Source of the DNA: Acidimicrobiales bacterium | GTDB lineage: Bacteria; Actinomycetota; Acidimicrobiia; Acidimicrobiales; JAJPHE01 | Direction: 5' to 3' | DNA: 64,000 nt | Assembly (NCBI GenBank): GCA_035653595.1 | Contig: DASRBO010000190.1 | Location: forward strand, 5,167-69,166 | In this document: piece after piece, positions 46,099-54,244 of the stretch | Layout of the letters: every line of letters starts with the position of its first letter | Position numbering within the stretch: the first letter of the stretch is position 1 | Made by a program: the position numbers and the translations under genes | Notes under the pieces: model-generated | Databases searched by the model: none | What the model saw: the letters and a program-made list of their open reading frames with translations, nothing else | What the model was told of the DNA's origin: nothing

Positions 46099-47789
46099 GA
46101 GCCGGGCGCCATGGTTATGCCGGAGTGGAATAGGCCCGGATCGTCACCGGAAGGCCAACCTCCGAACGTGTATCGCTGGCCGTTGTTGAGGTACCGGTAG
46201 GTGCCAGGCTGGCCGTCCGAGCCGAGCGAGTTGGGATCCCACCAGATCTCCGCCGCCCACAGGGGGAAGGTGTGGTTGTCGTCCGCGTAGCCGCCCGCCA
46301 TGTGCCATGGGGGGTCTGGTGGCAGCTTCGGCTGGTTGATCAGGGCCTGTCTGAACTTCTGTGGGGTCAGGTGGGGCCCGGCCTCCTGGATCCCTCCGAA
46401 CAGTTGGACCATGTCGCCCCACATGTAGTTGCACATACCGCTGTCAGGGTCGTTGTTGGGGTCGATCTGGTGGTACGCCTGGTAGCACTCGGTCTCCTCG
46501 TCGGGACGGGGGACCTCGTAGAACGAGTAGCCGAAGGCGTGGACCCATTCGTAGCCGTTGTAGTCACGCCCGATGTGGCCGGTATCCACGCCGCCGAAGC
46601 CGGGCAGGTACCACTCCGGGTAGTAGTTGTTGCTGTAGGCGGCCTCGGTGAAGATGGCCGCGCTGAGCAGGTCGCCGAGGTAGAAGACCGTCGTGACTCC
46701 GGCCGCTCGCAGCTGGACCACGTCCGTGCTGAGCCCCTGGGTCCCCGAGCCGCTACCGGTCAGGTCGTAGGTGACGACCTTGGCCGGCGTGACCCCGCAC
46801 TCCTGGCGGAGCAGCGAGGTGGCGTAGCCGGACATGTTCCCGTACTCGGGCAGGTCGTAGACGATGAGCCCGACCTTCCGGGGCGCCTTGTAGTTGAACG
46901 TGGGGTCGTTGGTGTACGTGGGGGGCTTGCCGGCCAGCTTCTTGCAGTAGTACTCGACCCCCATCTTGATGGTGGACGTGGCCGAGGGCGTGAAGCTCCA
47001 GATGTAGGGGTCCTTCGACTGGAAGTAGCTCTCGGGGACCTGGGCCAGGGTGTAGGCGATGATCCCGTCATGGGCGAGCTCGTCCAGCTCGTCGGCGTTG
47101 GTCTCCTCGATCGAGGCGAAGCAGTGGTAGGTGTTCTTAGCGGCGTCGGCGCGGGCGTAGGCGTTGGCCGTCGAGTTGGACCCGCTGGGATTCGACACGT
47201 AGTACCACTGCATCTTCCGCCCGTAGAACTGGTAGCGGGAGTTGAAGTAGTTCATGAGCACCGTGTAGGTGCGGGCGACCCCACCCTCGCTGGACGTCTC
47301 CTGCTGAGGGATCGGGCCCCCGCTGCTGTCGGCCCCGGTGAGGTTCATCAGGTAGCAGATGTTGATGGTGTTGGCCGTCACGCCCGGGCTGGTGGCGCCT
47401 CCGTTGTTGCCCGTGAAGGCAGGTGCACAGGGCGGGGCGTAGACGGAGGCGATTTGTCGGGGAGGGTTGCCCACGCCGTACGGGCAGGCGCTGTACTGGT
47501 TCCCTTGCTGCTGGGGCGGGGGCGGCAGGGTGCTCGGGGTGGACCCACCGGGGCCGCTGCCGGCCTGGGTGCCGCCGAAGGTCCCGCTGTCAGCAGCGTG
47601 GGCCCCGGCGTAGAGGGTCTGGTTCTTGTTGGGCGGGGCGTTGGGCGAGAAGGCCCCGCTCTGGTCCGGCTGCTGGAGCGGCGGGCGCAGAGCGCTCGGC
47701 AGGAGTATCACCGCCAGAAGGAGCGCCGCCCCGATGTAGCCGAAAGGCAGGAGCTGATCCAGCCGCGTCCGCCTCCCAGCCGATGGCAC
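46095..47789 (-). CDS. Oversized type-I periplasmic-binding-fold protein (Liv-type SBP-like), N-terminal TM anchor
   Basis: 564 aa. GTG 47789 is preceded by GGGGGAGGGG. It has one N-terminal TM helix and a P/Q/G linker, then a PBP1-like pattern (RKVGLIVYDLPEYG...VVQLRAAGVTTVFYLGD...YYPEW). It is the first gene of the ABC operon and a paralogue of 54245-56197. Confidence 0.7.
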   Translation of the reverse strand: MPSAGRRTRLDQLLPFGYIGAALLLAVILLPSALRPPLQQPDQSGAFSPNAPPNKNQTLYAGAHAADSGTFGGTQAGSGPGGSTPSTLPPPPQQQGNQYSACPYGVGNPPRQIASVYAPPCAPAFTGNNGGATSPGVTANTINICYLMNLTGADSSGGPIPQQETSSEGGVARTYTVLMNYFNSRYQFYGRKMQWYYVSNPSGSNSTANAYARADAAKNTYHCFASIEETNADELDELAHDGIIAYTLAQVPESYFQSKDPYIWSFTPSATSTIKMGVEYYCKKLAGKPPTYTNDPTFNYKAPRKVGLIVYDLPEYGNMSGYATSLLRQECGVTPAKVVTYDLTGSGSGTQGLSTDVVQLRAAGVTTVFYLGDLLSAAIFTEAAYSNNYYPEWYLPGFGGVDTGHIGRDYNGYEWVHAFGYSFYEVPRPDEETECYQAYHQIDPNNDPDSGMCNYMWGDMVQLFGGIQEAGPHLTPQKFRQALINQPKLPPDPPWHMAGGYADDNHTFPLWAAEIWWDPNSLGSDGQPGTYRYLNNGQRYTFGGWPSGDDPGLFHSGITMAPGS

Positions 47790-47809
47790 AGATCCCCTCC
47801 CCCAAGTAA

Positions 47810-47854
47810 TCTCAGTGCGACCTGAGACGGTACTCAGGTTTTCGGGACCGGTCC
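47810..47854 (+). promoter_or_regulatory. Two mutually exclusive short hairpins (the second followed by TTTT) plus a 10-bp palindrome in the leader of the fuconate-dehydratase-like gene
   Basis: Hairpin A is tctcag-tgcgac-ctgaga (47810-47827). Hairpin B is cctgag-acggta-ctcagg-tttt (47821-47842). They share 47822-47826. The palindrome GGACCGGTCC is at 47845-47854. Confidence 0.3.
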
Positions 47855-47906
47855 AGCCAACTCCTGCCTATTGTCTGCCCGCCCGGCGAAGCTCGGAGGT
47901 AGCCCG

Positions 47907-49175
47907 GTGAAGATCACCCAGATGACCGCCCTGGACGTCCGCTTTCCCATGCCGCCCGGCGCCGGCAGCGACTCGCTGCACGTGGATCCCCTCTACAGCT
48001 TCGCCACCTGCAAGCTCCGGACCGACGACGGCCTCGAGGGGACGGGCATCACCTTCACCCTGGGAAGGGGCAACGAGGTGGTCACCGCCGCCATCCGGGC
48101 CTTCTGGCCCTTCGTCCGCGGCCACGACGTGGCCGAGCTCGCCGCCGACCTCGGGGCCCGTTGGCGGGCGTGGGCAAACGAGAGCCAACTGCGGTGGCTG
48201 GGGCCCCACAAAGGGGCGATCCACCTGGGCCTGGCCGCCGTCACCGGCGCCATCGTCGATCTGTGGGCCAGGTCGGAGGGCAAGCCCCTCTGGCGCCTGC
48301 TGCTCGACCTCAGCCCTGAGCAGCTCGTGGCTCTGGCCGACTTCTCGACCATATCGGACGTAATCGACGAGGCCGGGGCCCTCGAACTGCTGCGCGAGCG
48401 GCGTCTGCCGGAGGCTGAGATCGCCGCCCAGCTGGAGCGGGGCTACCCCGGCTACGACACCTCCGTCGGCTGGCTCGGCTACTCGCGGGACCAGCTGGTG
48501 ACAAACGCCCTCTCCTCGGTGGGACGGGGCTTCCGGGCGGTCAAGCTGAAGGTGGGCTCCCCCGACATCGCCACCGATGCCGACCGCGTAGCCGCGGTGC
48601 GGGAGGCGGTCGGACCGGAGATATTGGTCATGGTGGACGCCAACCAGTGTTGGAGCGTGCCCCGCGCCATCGAGGCCGGCCGGGCCCTGGCCTCGAGTGA
48701 TGTCTTCTGGTTCGAGGAGCCCGTGCACCCCGACGACGTGCTCGGCTACCGCGACGTGGCCACTGCCCTGGCTCCCATGCGCATAGCCGGAGGGGAGCAC
48801 GTTCCCAACCAGGTGGTGTTCAAGAACTTCATCCGGGCCGGGGCCATTCAGGTCGCCCAGCCCGACGTCGTCCGGCTGGGCGGGCTGCCGGAGTTCCTCG
48901 GCGTCGCCCTCATGGCCGCCGAAGCGGGCATTCCGGTGCTCCCCCACGCCGGTGAGACCAGCCAGATCCACCAGCACCTGATCCTTTTCACCCGTTGCGT
49001 CCTCGGCCTTCCGGAACTTCCGCTCGAGACCATTCCGCACCTGGCCGAGCACTTCGTGGATCCGGTCCAGATCGTGAAGGGGCGCTACCGCCCTCCAACC
49101 GTGCCCGGCATAGGCGCCGCCCTGCAGCCGGACAGCCTGGCGAGGCACGCCGCCACGACGGAGGTCCTGACCTAG
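47907..49175 (+). CDS. Enolase-superfamily acid-sugar dehydratase, L-fuconate dehydratase (FucD/ENOSF1)-like
   Basis: GTG 47907 with GGAGG 7 nt upstream, so the TTG 47871 start in the track is rejected. Colinear FucD-like blocks: ALDVRFP...GSDSLHVDPLYS, GLEGTGITFTLGRGNEV, SQLRWLGPHKG, GYPGYDTSVGWLGYS, KLKVG, MVDANQCW, WFEEP, GGEH, QPDVVRLGG. Confidence 0.85.
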   Translation: MKITQMTALDVRFPMPPGAGSDSLHVDPLYSFATCKLRTDDGLEGTGITFTLGRGNEVVTAAIRAFWPFVRGHDVAELAADLGARWRAWANESQLRWLGPHKGAIHLGLAAVTGAIVDLWARSEGKPLWRLLLDLSPEQLVALADFSTISDVIDEAGALELLRERRLPEAEIAAQLERGYPGYDTSVGWLGYSRDQLVTNALSSVGRGFRAVKLKVGSPDIATDADRVAAVREAVGPEILVMVDANQCWSVPRAIEAGRALASSDVFWFEEPVHPDDVLGYRDVATALAPMRIAGGEHVPNQVVFKNFIRAGAIQVAQPDVVRLGGLPEFLGVALMAAEAGIPVLPHAGETSQIHQHLILFTRCVLGLPELPLETIPHLAEHFVDPVQIVKGRYRPPTVPGIGAALQPDSLARHAATTEVLT

Positions 49176-49198
49176 GACCGCCGGACCGGTCGGTCCTA
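49173..49198. terminator. Possible bidirectional stem-loop between convergent genes
   Basis: taggaccg-(10 nt)-cggtccta gives an 8-bp stem that includes the TAG stop of the dehydratase gene. There is no clear U-tract. Confidence 0.25.
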
Positions 49199-49207
49199 CC
49201 GCGCCGT

Positions 49208-50332
49208 TCAGTGGGGCCGGAGCGCCTCTTCGGCCACCGCCTGGGCCCGGTTCAGCGCCTCGGGTACATCACACAGGCCCCGCAGGGCCTGGTTGAGCGC
49301 CTGCCAAGCTGCCTCCTCGATCTCCGGATAGCGGGCCAGCGGCGGGAAGGTGATCATGTCCTCGGCCACGGTGGCCGACAGCAGCCTGTTCCTGCGCTGG
49401 TCCAGCTCGTCGGTCGCAGGCAGCGCCACGTCCGTCCGGGCCGGCACCATGCCCTGGGCGGCGTCTGTCGTGGCCGACGCGGCCGCGCTCAGGTGGGCGA
49501 GCAGCCGGACCGCCTCGTCCCGATGGGGGGCTCGGCTGGGAATGGCCCAGCCGTGGCAACCGGAGTAGACCGCCCGGCGCGCCGAGCCCGCGGGGTAGCG
49601 GCCGACCTCGATGTCGCCGGCGGCGGCGCTCGCCCTCATGAGGGCGTAGTAGCCAGGCCAGTCGCCGGCCAGGGCGACCCTGGCGTCCCGTAGGCCGGAG
49701 GCGACGTCGTCATATCCCCACTCCGGCAGGTCGGGAGGGGTGAGTCCCTGCCGGTGGAGGCCGACCAGGTAGCTCAGGGCGAAGTGGGCCTCGTCGCATG
49801 TCAGCCGCGGACGGGCCTCTTCGTCGAAGAGCTCCCCGCCCTCGGCCACCACCAGCTCGAAGAAGGTGCCGAACAACCCCGACTCCTGCCCCGGGAACGC
49901 CACCCCCGCTCCCCCGCTCGCCTTGGCAGCAGCCTCCGCCAGCTCGGTCCAGGTGCCCGGAAGGTCGGCCGTCCCCAGCATCCGGCGGTGACCCCAGAGC
50001 AGGCGGACGTCGATGTTGCGGGGGACGCACAGCAGCGCTCCCTCCGGCCGGCACAGGGCGAGGGCGGCGGGCGCCATGGCGGTGGTGTCGACCAGTCCGT
50101 CGAGATCGGTCAGCCACCGGGCCTGCGAGGGCGCGTACTTGGAATGGGTGGAGACCAGGTCGTAGCCATGATCCGAAGGCAGCAGGCCGGCCAGGTGGCG
50201 GTTGAGGCCGGGGTGATCGGCCCGGAAGGCCACCTCGACGACCACGCCGGTCTGCTGGGCGAAGTCCCCTAGGCACCGCTCCACCTGGTCGTACTGGGGG
50301 CCGCCGATCAGGGCCACCCGCAGCGTGGTCAT
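49208..50332 (-). CDS. SBP_bac_1/8-like solute-binding-fold protein without signal peptide or lipobox
   Basis: Trimmed to ATG 50332, which forms an ATGA overlap with the upstream stop. It begins MTTLRVALIGGPQYDQ... with no hydrophobic leader. The pattern is sugar-SBP-like (...YDLVSTHSKYAP..., LCVPRNIDVRLLW, PGTWTELAEAA, LAGDWPGYY). Confidence 0.7.
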   Translation of the reverse strand: MTTLRVALIGGPQYDQVERCLGDFAQQTGVVVEVAFRADHPGLNRHLAGLLPSDHGYDLVSTHSKYAPSQARWLTDLDGLVDTTAMAPAALALCRPEGALLCVPRNIDVRLLWGHRRMLGTADLPGTWTELAEAAAKASGGAGVAFPGQESGLFGTFFELVVAEGGELFDEEARPRLTCDEAHFALSYLVGLHRQGLTPPDLPEWGYDDVASGLRDARVALAGDWPGYYALMRASAAAGDIEVGRYPAGSARRAVYSGCHGWAIPSRAPHRDEAVRLLAHLSAAASATTDAAQGMVPARTDVALPATDELDQRRNRLLSATVAEDMITFPPLARYPEIEEAAWQALNQALRGLCDVPEALNRAQAVAEEALRPH

Positions 50333-52437
50333 GCCCGGCCGTCCCACTCGAGTATCAGCAGCACGAGCTCCGGCACCGCCTCGACATGGCCAACCACCTC
50401 GGCCCCGCTGCCATCCACGGTCAGGCCCGCCTGCTCTGGAACGGCGAACGCCCGGCGCAGCCGGTTCCCCTCCGGAGGGCGGAACCGGAACCCGACCGGC
50501 ATGGCGACGGGAGGGAGGTCGGCGGGATAGTTCAGGAGGCTCAGGACCGAGCGCGACTGATCCGGCTGAGCGAAGGCCGAGGCCCACAGGCACGGGTGAC
50601 CGTCCACCTCGAAGGCCGGGGGCCGGTCCATGAGACGTCGGACCGCACCGATGAAGAGCCCCTGAGCGGCCTCGGAGTCGACGCTCTCGATGTCAGCGGT
50701 GCAGTAGATCGACCGACCCGCCCCGGCCCGGGCCGCCACCATCGTCGGAACGTCCAGCGCCTGCCACGGGGGCGAGGCGTGGATGCTGGACCAGCGTTTG
50801 TCCGCCGCGCTCCCCGCATGGGGGTGGCCGTAAGGCACGGTTAGCCGGGCAAGCACCTCGGTGCCGCGCCGGGCCGTGATCCGGGGGATGGTGGCCAAGG
50901 GCCCTCCGGAGCGCAGCGGGTAGCTGACGACCGAGGCCGGCGCCACCCAGGCGGCTGCCTGCGGCTCGGGGCGCAGGTAGACGAAACCACCCTCCTCGTG
51001 GGAGTCGAGATCGACGCCAAGCACATCGGCGAGGGCGAAGTTGTCGGCCAGGCCGGACTGGGTGTCGACGAGGGAGGTGAAGCGGCTGGCGTAGATAGCG
51101 CCCCCTTTATCCAGGTGGCGGCGCAGGCCCAGCACCTCGTCCGCCCCCAGCCGCTCGGCGTTGGGGACCACGACGACCTGGTGGGGGGCCAGCTCGGCCA
51201 GGCCGCCCCTGGTGATCACCCCGAAGGGCAGATGGGCGCGCTGGAGGGCGGTGCAGGCCCCCCGAACGGCATCGAGGTGGCGGCACCGGCCGGTGGCCTG
51301 GCCGGCGTCGGTGACCGGCTTCCCGTTCTCGGCCAGGTCGACCTGGGCGTCGGTGGCGAAGTACACCACCACGTCCTCGACCGGCTCGCCACCCAGGAAG
51401 GCCTCGTAATCGGTCGAAGCGCCCAACACGTCGGGTAGTTGTCGGTACAGGCCCGGCTCCAGCGTCCCGTCCGGGTTGATGGCGTCGATGACGAGGAAGG
51501 CAGCCGATACCGAGGTGGCCGCCAGGGCCTGGGCCCGCAGGCTGCGGGCGGACTTGCGCCGGCTGTGGTCCCGCAGATCCACCGTCGCCGAGGTCATGAA
51601 CTCCGGAGGCCGGCCCTGGCCCAGGTGCAGCATGAGCTTGGAGACCACCAGCTGCTCTGTCCGGTCGCCGTACAGGTCGCCGGCCACGAAGTCGTCGTGG
51701 CGCGAGGCGAGGATCGGCTGGCCCATGTGCCAGTCCCCCATCCAGGCCGGGGCGAAGTTGTGGGTGAACGCCGTACCGGGGGCCCGCTGGCGCACCAGGG
51801 CGGCGAAGTCGGCGGCCAGCTCGTCGGCCCACCGCTCGCGGGCGGCCTGGAACCGGTTCCACTCCGGCGAGAACCAATCGATGCGGTCAGGAATGGCCGC
51901 CCCCTCCTCGGCCCGGTACCTCGCCTGGCAGGAAGGGCAGCCGCAGATCAGGGGCCAGAACAGCATGTCGGCGAAGACGGCGTCGAACTGGTTCGTCGCC
52001 AGCATCTCGACGAACAGGTCGCGCTCGTAGGCCCGGTACTCCTCGTTGTTCGGGCAGCACACGCCGTAACGCATGAAGGGCCAGAAGTCGACCCCGGCCA
52101 CGTTGACCTGCCTCCACTCGGGGTGGTGCTCGGCGGCCCAGTTGTCGAAGACCACGCTGTAGTAGGCGCACACCCCGAGGTCGTGACGACGCAGCCCGGC
52201 GACCACCTCGGCCAGCACGTCCCGCCTGCCGAGGGCCTGATGCTGCCGACCGATCCGGGTTGGCCAGTAGCACAGGCCGACGTGGGACTTGGTGTAGACC
52301 ATCACCGCCGCGGCTCCCGAGGCGGCGAAGCGGTCCACCAGCGCAGCCGGGTCGAGCTGGGCGAGAAAGCCCTCGTCCCAGTCGGGGACGTGCATGTCCA
52401 GCAGGAGGCGCCGATAGGTCTCCTGGTACGCCGCCAC
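50329..52437 (-). CDS. Putative glycoside hydrolase, GHL6/GH42-like TIM barrel with CxCxxC Zn-cluster and trimerisation-like C-terminal domains
   Basis: Trimmed to GTG 52437 (alternative ATG 52395), because the upstream part of ORF 50329-52923 overlaps the sulfatase gene. Motifs AAAVMVYTKSHVGLCYWPT, VCCPNN and ICGCPSCQARY, a GH42-style Cys cluster. No signal peptide. Confidence 0.65.
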   Translation of the reverse strand: MAAYQETYRRLLLDMHVPDWDEGFLAQLDPAALVDRFAASGAAAVMVYTKSHVGLCYWPTRIGRQHQALGRRDVLAEVVAGLRRHDLGVCAYYSVVFDNWAAEHHPEWRQVNVAGVDFWPFMRYGVCCPNNEEYRAYERDLFVEMLATNQFDAVFADMLFWPLICGCPSCQARYRAEEGAAIPDRIDWFSPEWNRFQAARERWADELAADFAALVRQRAPGTAFTHNFAPAWMGDWHMGQPILASRHDDFVAGDLYGDRTEQLVVSKLMLHLGQGRPPEFMTSATVDLRDHSRRKSARSLRAQALAATSVSAAFLVIDAINPDGTLEPGLYRQLPDVLGASTDYEAFLGGEPVEDVVVYFATDAQVDLAENGKPVTDAGQATGRCRHLDAVRGACTALQRAHLPFGVITRGGLAELAPHQVVVVPNAERLGADEVLGLRRHLDKGGAIYASRFTSLVDTQSGLADNFALADVLGVDLDSHEEGGFVYLRPEPQAAAWVAPASVVSYPLRSGGPLATIPRITARRGTEVLARLTVPYGHPHAGSAADKRWSSIHASPPWQALDVPTMVAARAGAGRSIYCTADIESVDSEAAQGLFIGAVRRLMDRPPAFEVDGHPCLWASAFAQPDQSRSVLSLLNYPADLPPVAMPVGFRFRPPEGNRLRRAFAVPEQAGLTVDGSGAEVVGHVEAVPELVLLILEWDGRA

Positions 52438-52441
52438 CCGG

Positions 52442-54199
52442 TCAGGGCTTCCCGACGACCGGAGCGCCGGCGGGCGCCCGCCCGATGTCGACGTACAGGG
52501 CCGCCTGGCGCCCGGATGGGCCCTCGGCCCAGGCCTCGACGGTGGCCGGCCCGGCCGCCAGCTCCACCTCGGGCAGCACGAAAAGGGTGCACATCGGCGC
52601 CCACGGGGTCCTCCAGCTCCGACCGTCGGCCCGGAACACGACGTCGGTGAACAGCTTCGGCGCGGCCCAGGAGAAAGGCTCGAGGCGGACCTCGACCCGG
52701 TAAGGGCCCTCGCGCTCCACCCAGACCTCCCAGGTGGCCTGCAGGTCGGCCGTGCGCCAGAGCGCGACCTCACCGAGGTCCGCCATCGACGGGTCGACCC
52801 GCCAGTCCTGCCGGCTGAGGGTGGTGGGGTCCTCGGCCTCCGACCCCACGTGTATGCGCGGCGGGGCGTAGTTGTCGGGCCTGGTCGCCCCCACGTCGTC
52901 GAACCAGCGCTCGTACTCGGCACGCAGGGCCGCGACCAGGTCGGGATGGGCCGCAGCCAGGTCGTCCCGCTCGCCCGGATCGACGGTCAGGTCGTAGAGC
53001 TCGTCGGCCACCTCCTCCGCTCGACGGCCCGGGCCAGGCTCCGGGCGGTGCAGCTTGTACCGCTGGGTGATCACTGCGTAGTTCCGGTACCGGGTAGGGG
53101 CATCTCCCCGGTGCCACTGCATGAAGATGTTGCGGTCCGGCCAGTCGGCCGGAGCGACCGCTCCGGTCAGGAGAGGCAGCAGGTCCACGCCGTCGATCAC
53201 CCGGTCCAGTGGAGCCGTTGCCCCGGTGGCCGCGGCCAGGGTCGGGAGCACGTCGATGGGCGAGGCCAGCCGGTCGATGTCCACTCCCGCCGGCACCACG
53301 CCGGGCCAGCGCCAGAAGCAGGGCACCTGCACCGCCCCCTGGTAGAGCGAGCCCTTCTCGCCCCGCAGGCCGGCGTTGAACCGCTGCTGGCGGTCGGCCG
53401 GGGCGGTGAAGTCCCGCGCCGACGGGCAGGGACCGTGGTCGCTGGTGTAGAGGACGAGGGTCCGCCCGGCCAGGCCGAGGGCGGCCAGATGGTCGAGCAC
53501 CCGGCCCACGTTCCAGTCGATGTTCTCCACCATCCCGTAGAGCCGGGCGTGGGTCTCGTTCACCCCCGCCCCCCGGTAGTGGGAGACCCAGCGCTCGGGC
53601 ACCTCGAGGGGCGTGTGGGGCGCGTTGGTCGCCAGGTAGACGAAGAAGGGCGCCTGGTGGTGCCGGGTGATGAAGTCGATGGCGGCGTCGGTGAAGATGT
53701 CTGTGCAGTAGCCGCTGCGCCTCTCCGGGCGCCCGTCCCGCTGGAGCACCGGGTCGAAGTAGGCCTCACCCTCCCGCCAGTAGTTCTCGCGGTGGTCGCC
53801 CACCGACCCGATGCCGCCGGAGCGGTGCATGAGGGTCTCCTCGAAGCCCAGGTCGCAGGCCCGCATCGGGTAGGCGTCGCCCAGGTGCCACTTCCCGAAG
53901 CCCCCCGTCCGGTAGCCGGCCGAACGGAGCATTTCACCCACCGTGACCTCGCCAGGGTCCAGCATCGACCGTCCGCAGAAGGTGTCGATCGCCCGGGTCC
54001 GCTGGTGGTACCGGCCGGTCATGAGACTGGCGCGGGCGGGCGTGCAGAGCGGGCCGCTCGAGTAGCGGGTGAGCCTGGTGCTCTCCCGCCTCAGGCCGTC
54101 GAGGCGGGGAGTGCGGACCACCTGGTTGCCGTGGCAGGCCAGATCGCCCCAGGCCAGGTCGTCCATCATCACGACGACGACGTTGAGAGGACCGTCCAC
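52442..54199 (-). CDS. Sulfatase (formylglycine-dependent arylsulfatase family), no signal peptide
   Basis: 585 aa with a GTG start. Motifs NVVVVMMDDLAWGDL, the CxPxR signature LCTPARASLMTG, and GKWHLG. There is an extra C-terminal domain of ~150 aa. Confidence 0.88.
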   Translation of the reverse strand: MDGPLNVVVVMMDDLAWGDLACHGNQVVRTPRLDGLRRESTRLTRYSSGPLCTPARASLMTGRYHQRTRAIDTFCGRSMLDPGEVTVGEMLRSAGYRTGGFGKWHLGDAYPMRACDLGFEETLMHRSGGIGSVGDHRENYWREGEAYFDPVLQRDGRPERRSGYCTDIFTDAAIDFITRHHQAPFFVYLATNAPHTPLEVPERWVSHYRGAGVNETHARLYGMVENIDWNVGRVLDHLAALGLAGRTLVLYTSDHGPCPSARDFTAPADRQQRFNAGLRGEKGSLYQGAVQVPCFWRWPGVVPAGVDIDRLASPIDVLPTLAAATGATAPLDRVIDGVDLLPLLTGAVAPADWPDRNIFMQWHRGDAPTRYRNYAVITQRYKLHRPEPGPGRRAEEVADELYDLTVDPGERDDLAAAHPDLVAALRAEYERWFDDVGATRPDNYAPPRIHVGSEAEDPTTLSRQDWRVDPSMADLGEVALWRTADLQATWEVWVEREGPYRVEVRLEPFSWAAPKLFTDVVFRADGRSWRTPWAPMCTLFVLPEVELAAGPATVEAWAEGPSGRQAALYVDIGRAPAGAPVVGKP

Positions 54200-54233
54200 G
54201 GCTCGGGCACCCTAGTGCCCGAGCCGTGGACGG
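54192..54233. repeat. Perfect 19-bp inverted repeat with 4-nt loop, spanning the sulfatase start codon
   Basis: ccgtccacggctcgggcac-ccta-gtgcccgagccgtggacgg, read directly. 15 of 19 pairs are G:C. It lies 12 nt after the SBP stop (54245) and contains the sulfatase GTG (54197-54199). Confidence 0.9.
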
Positions 54234-54244
54234 CCCAGGTCAGA

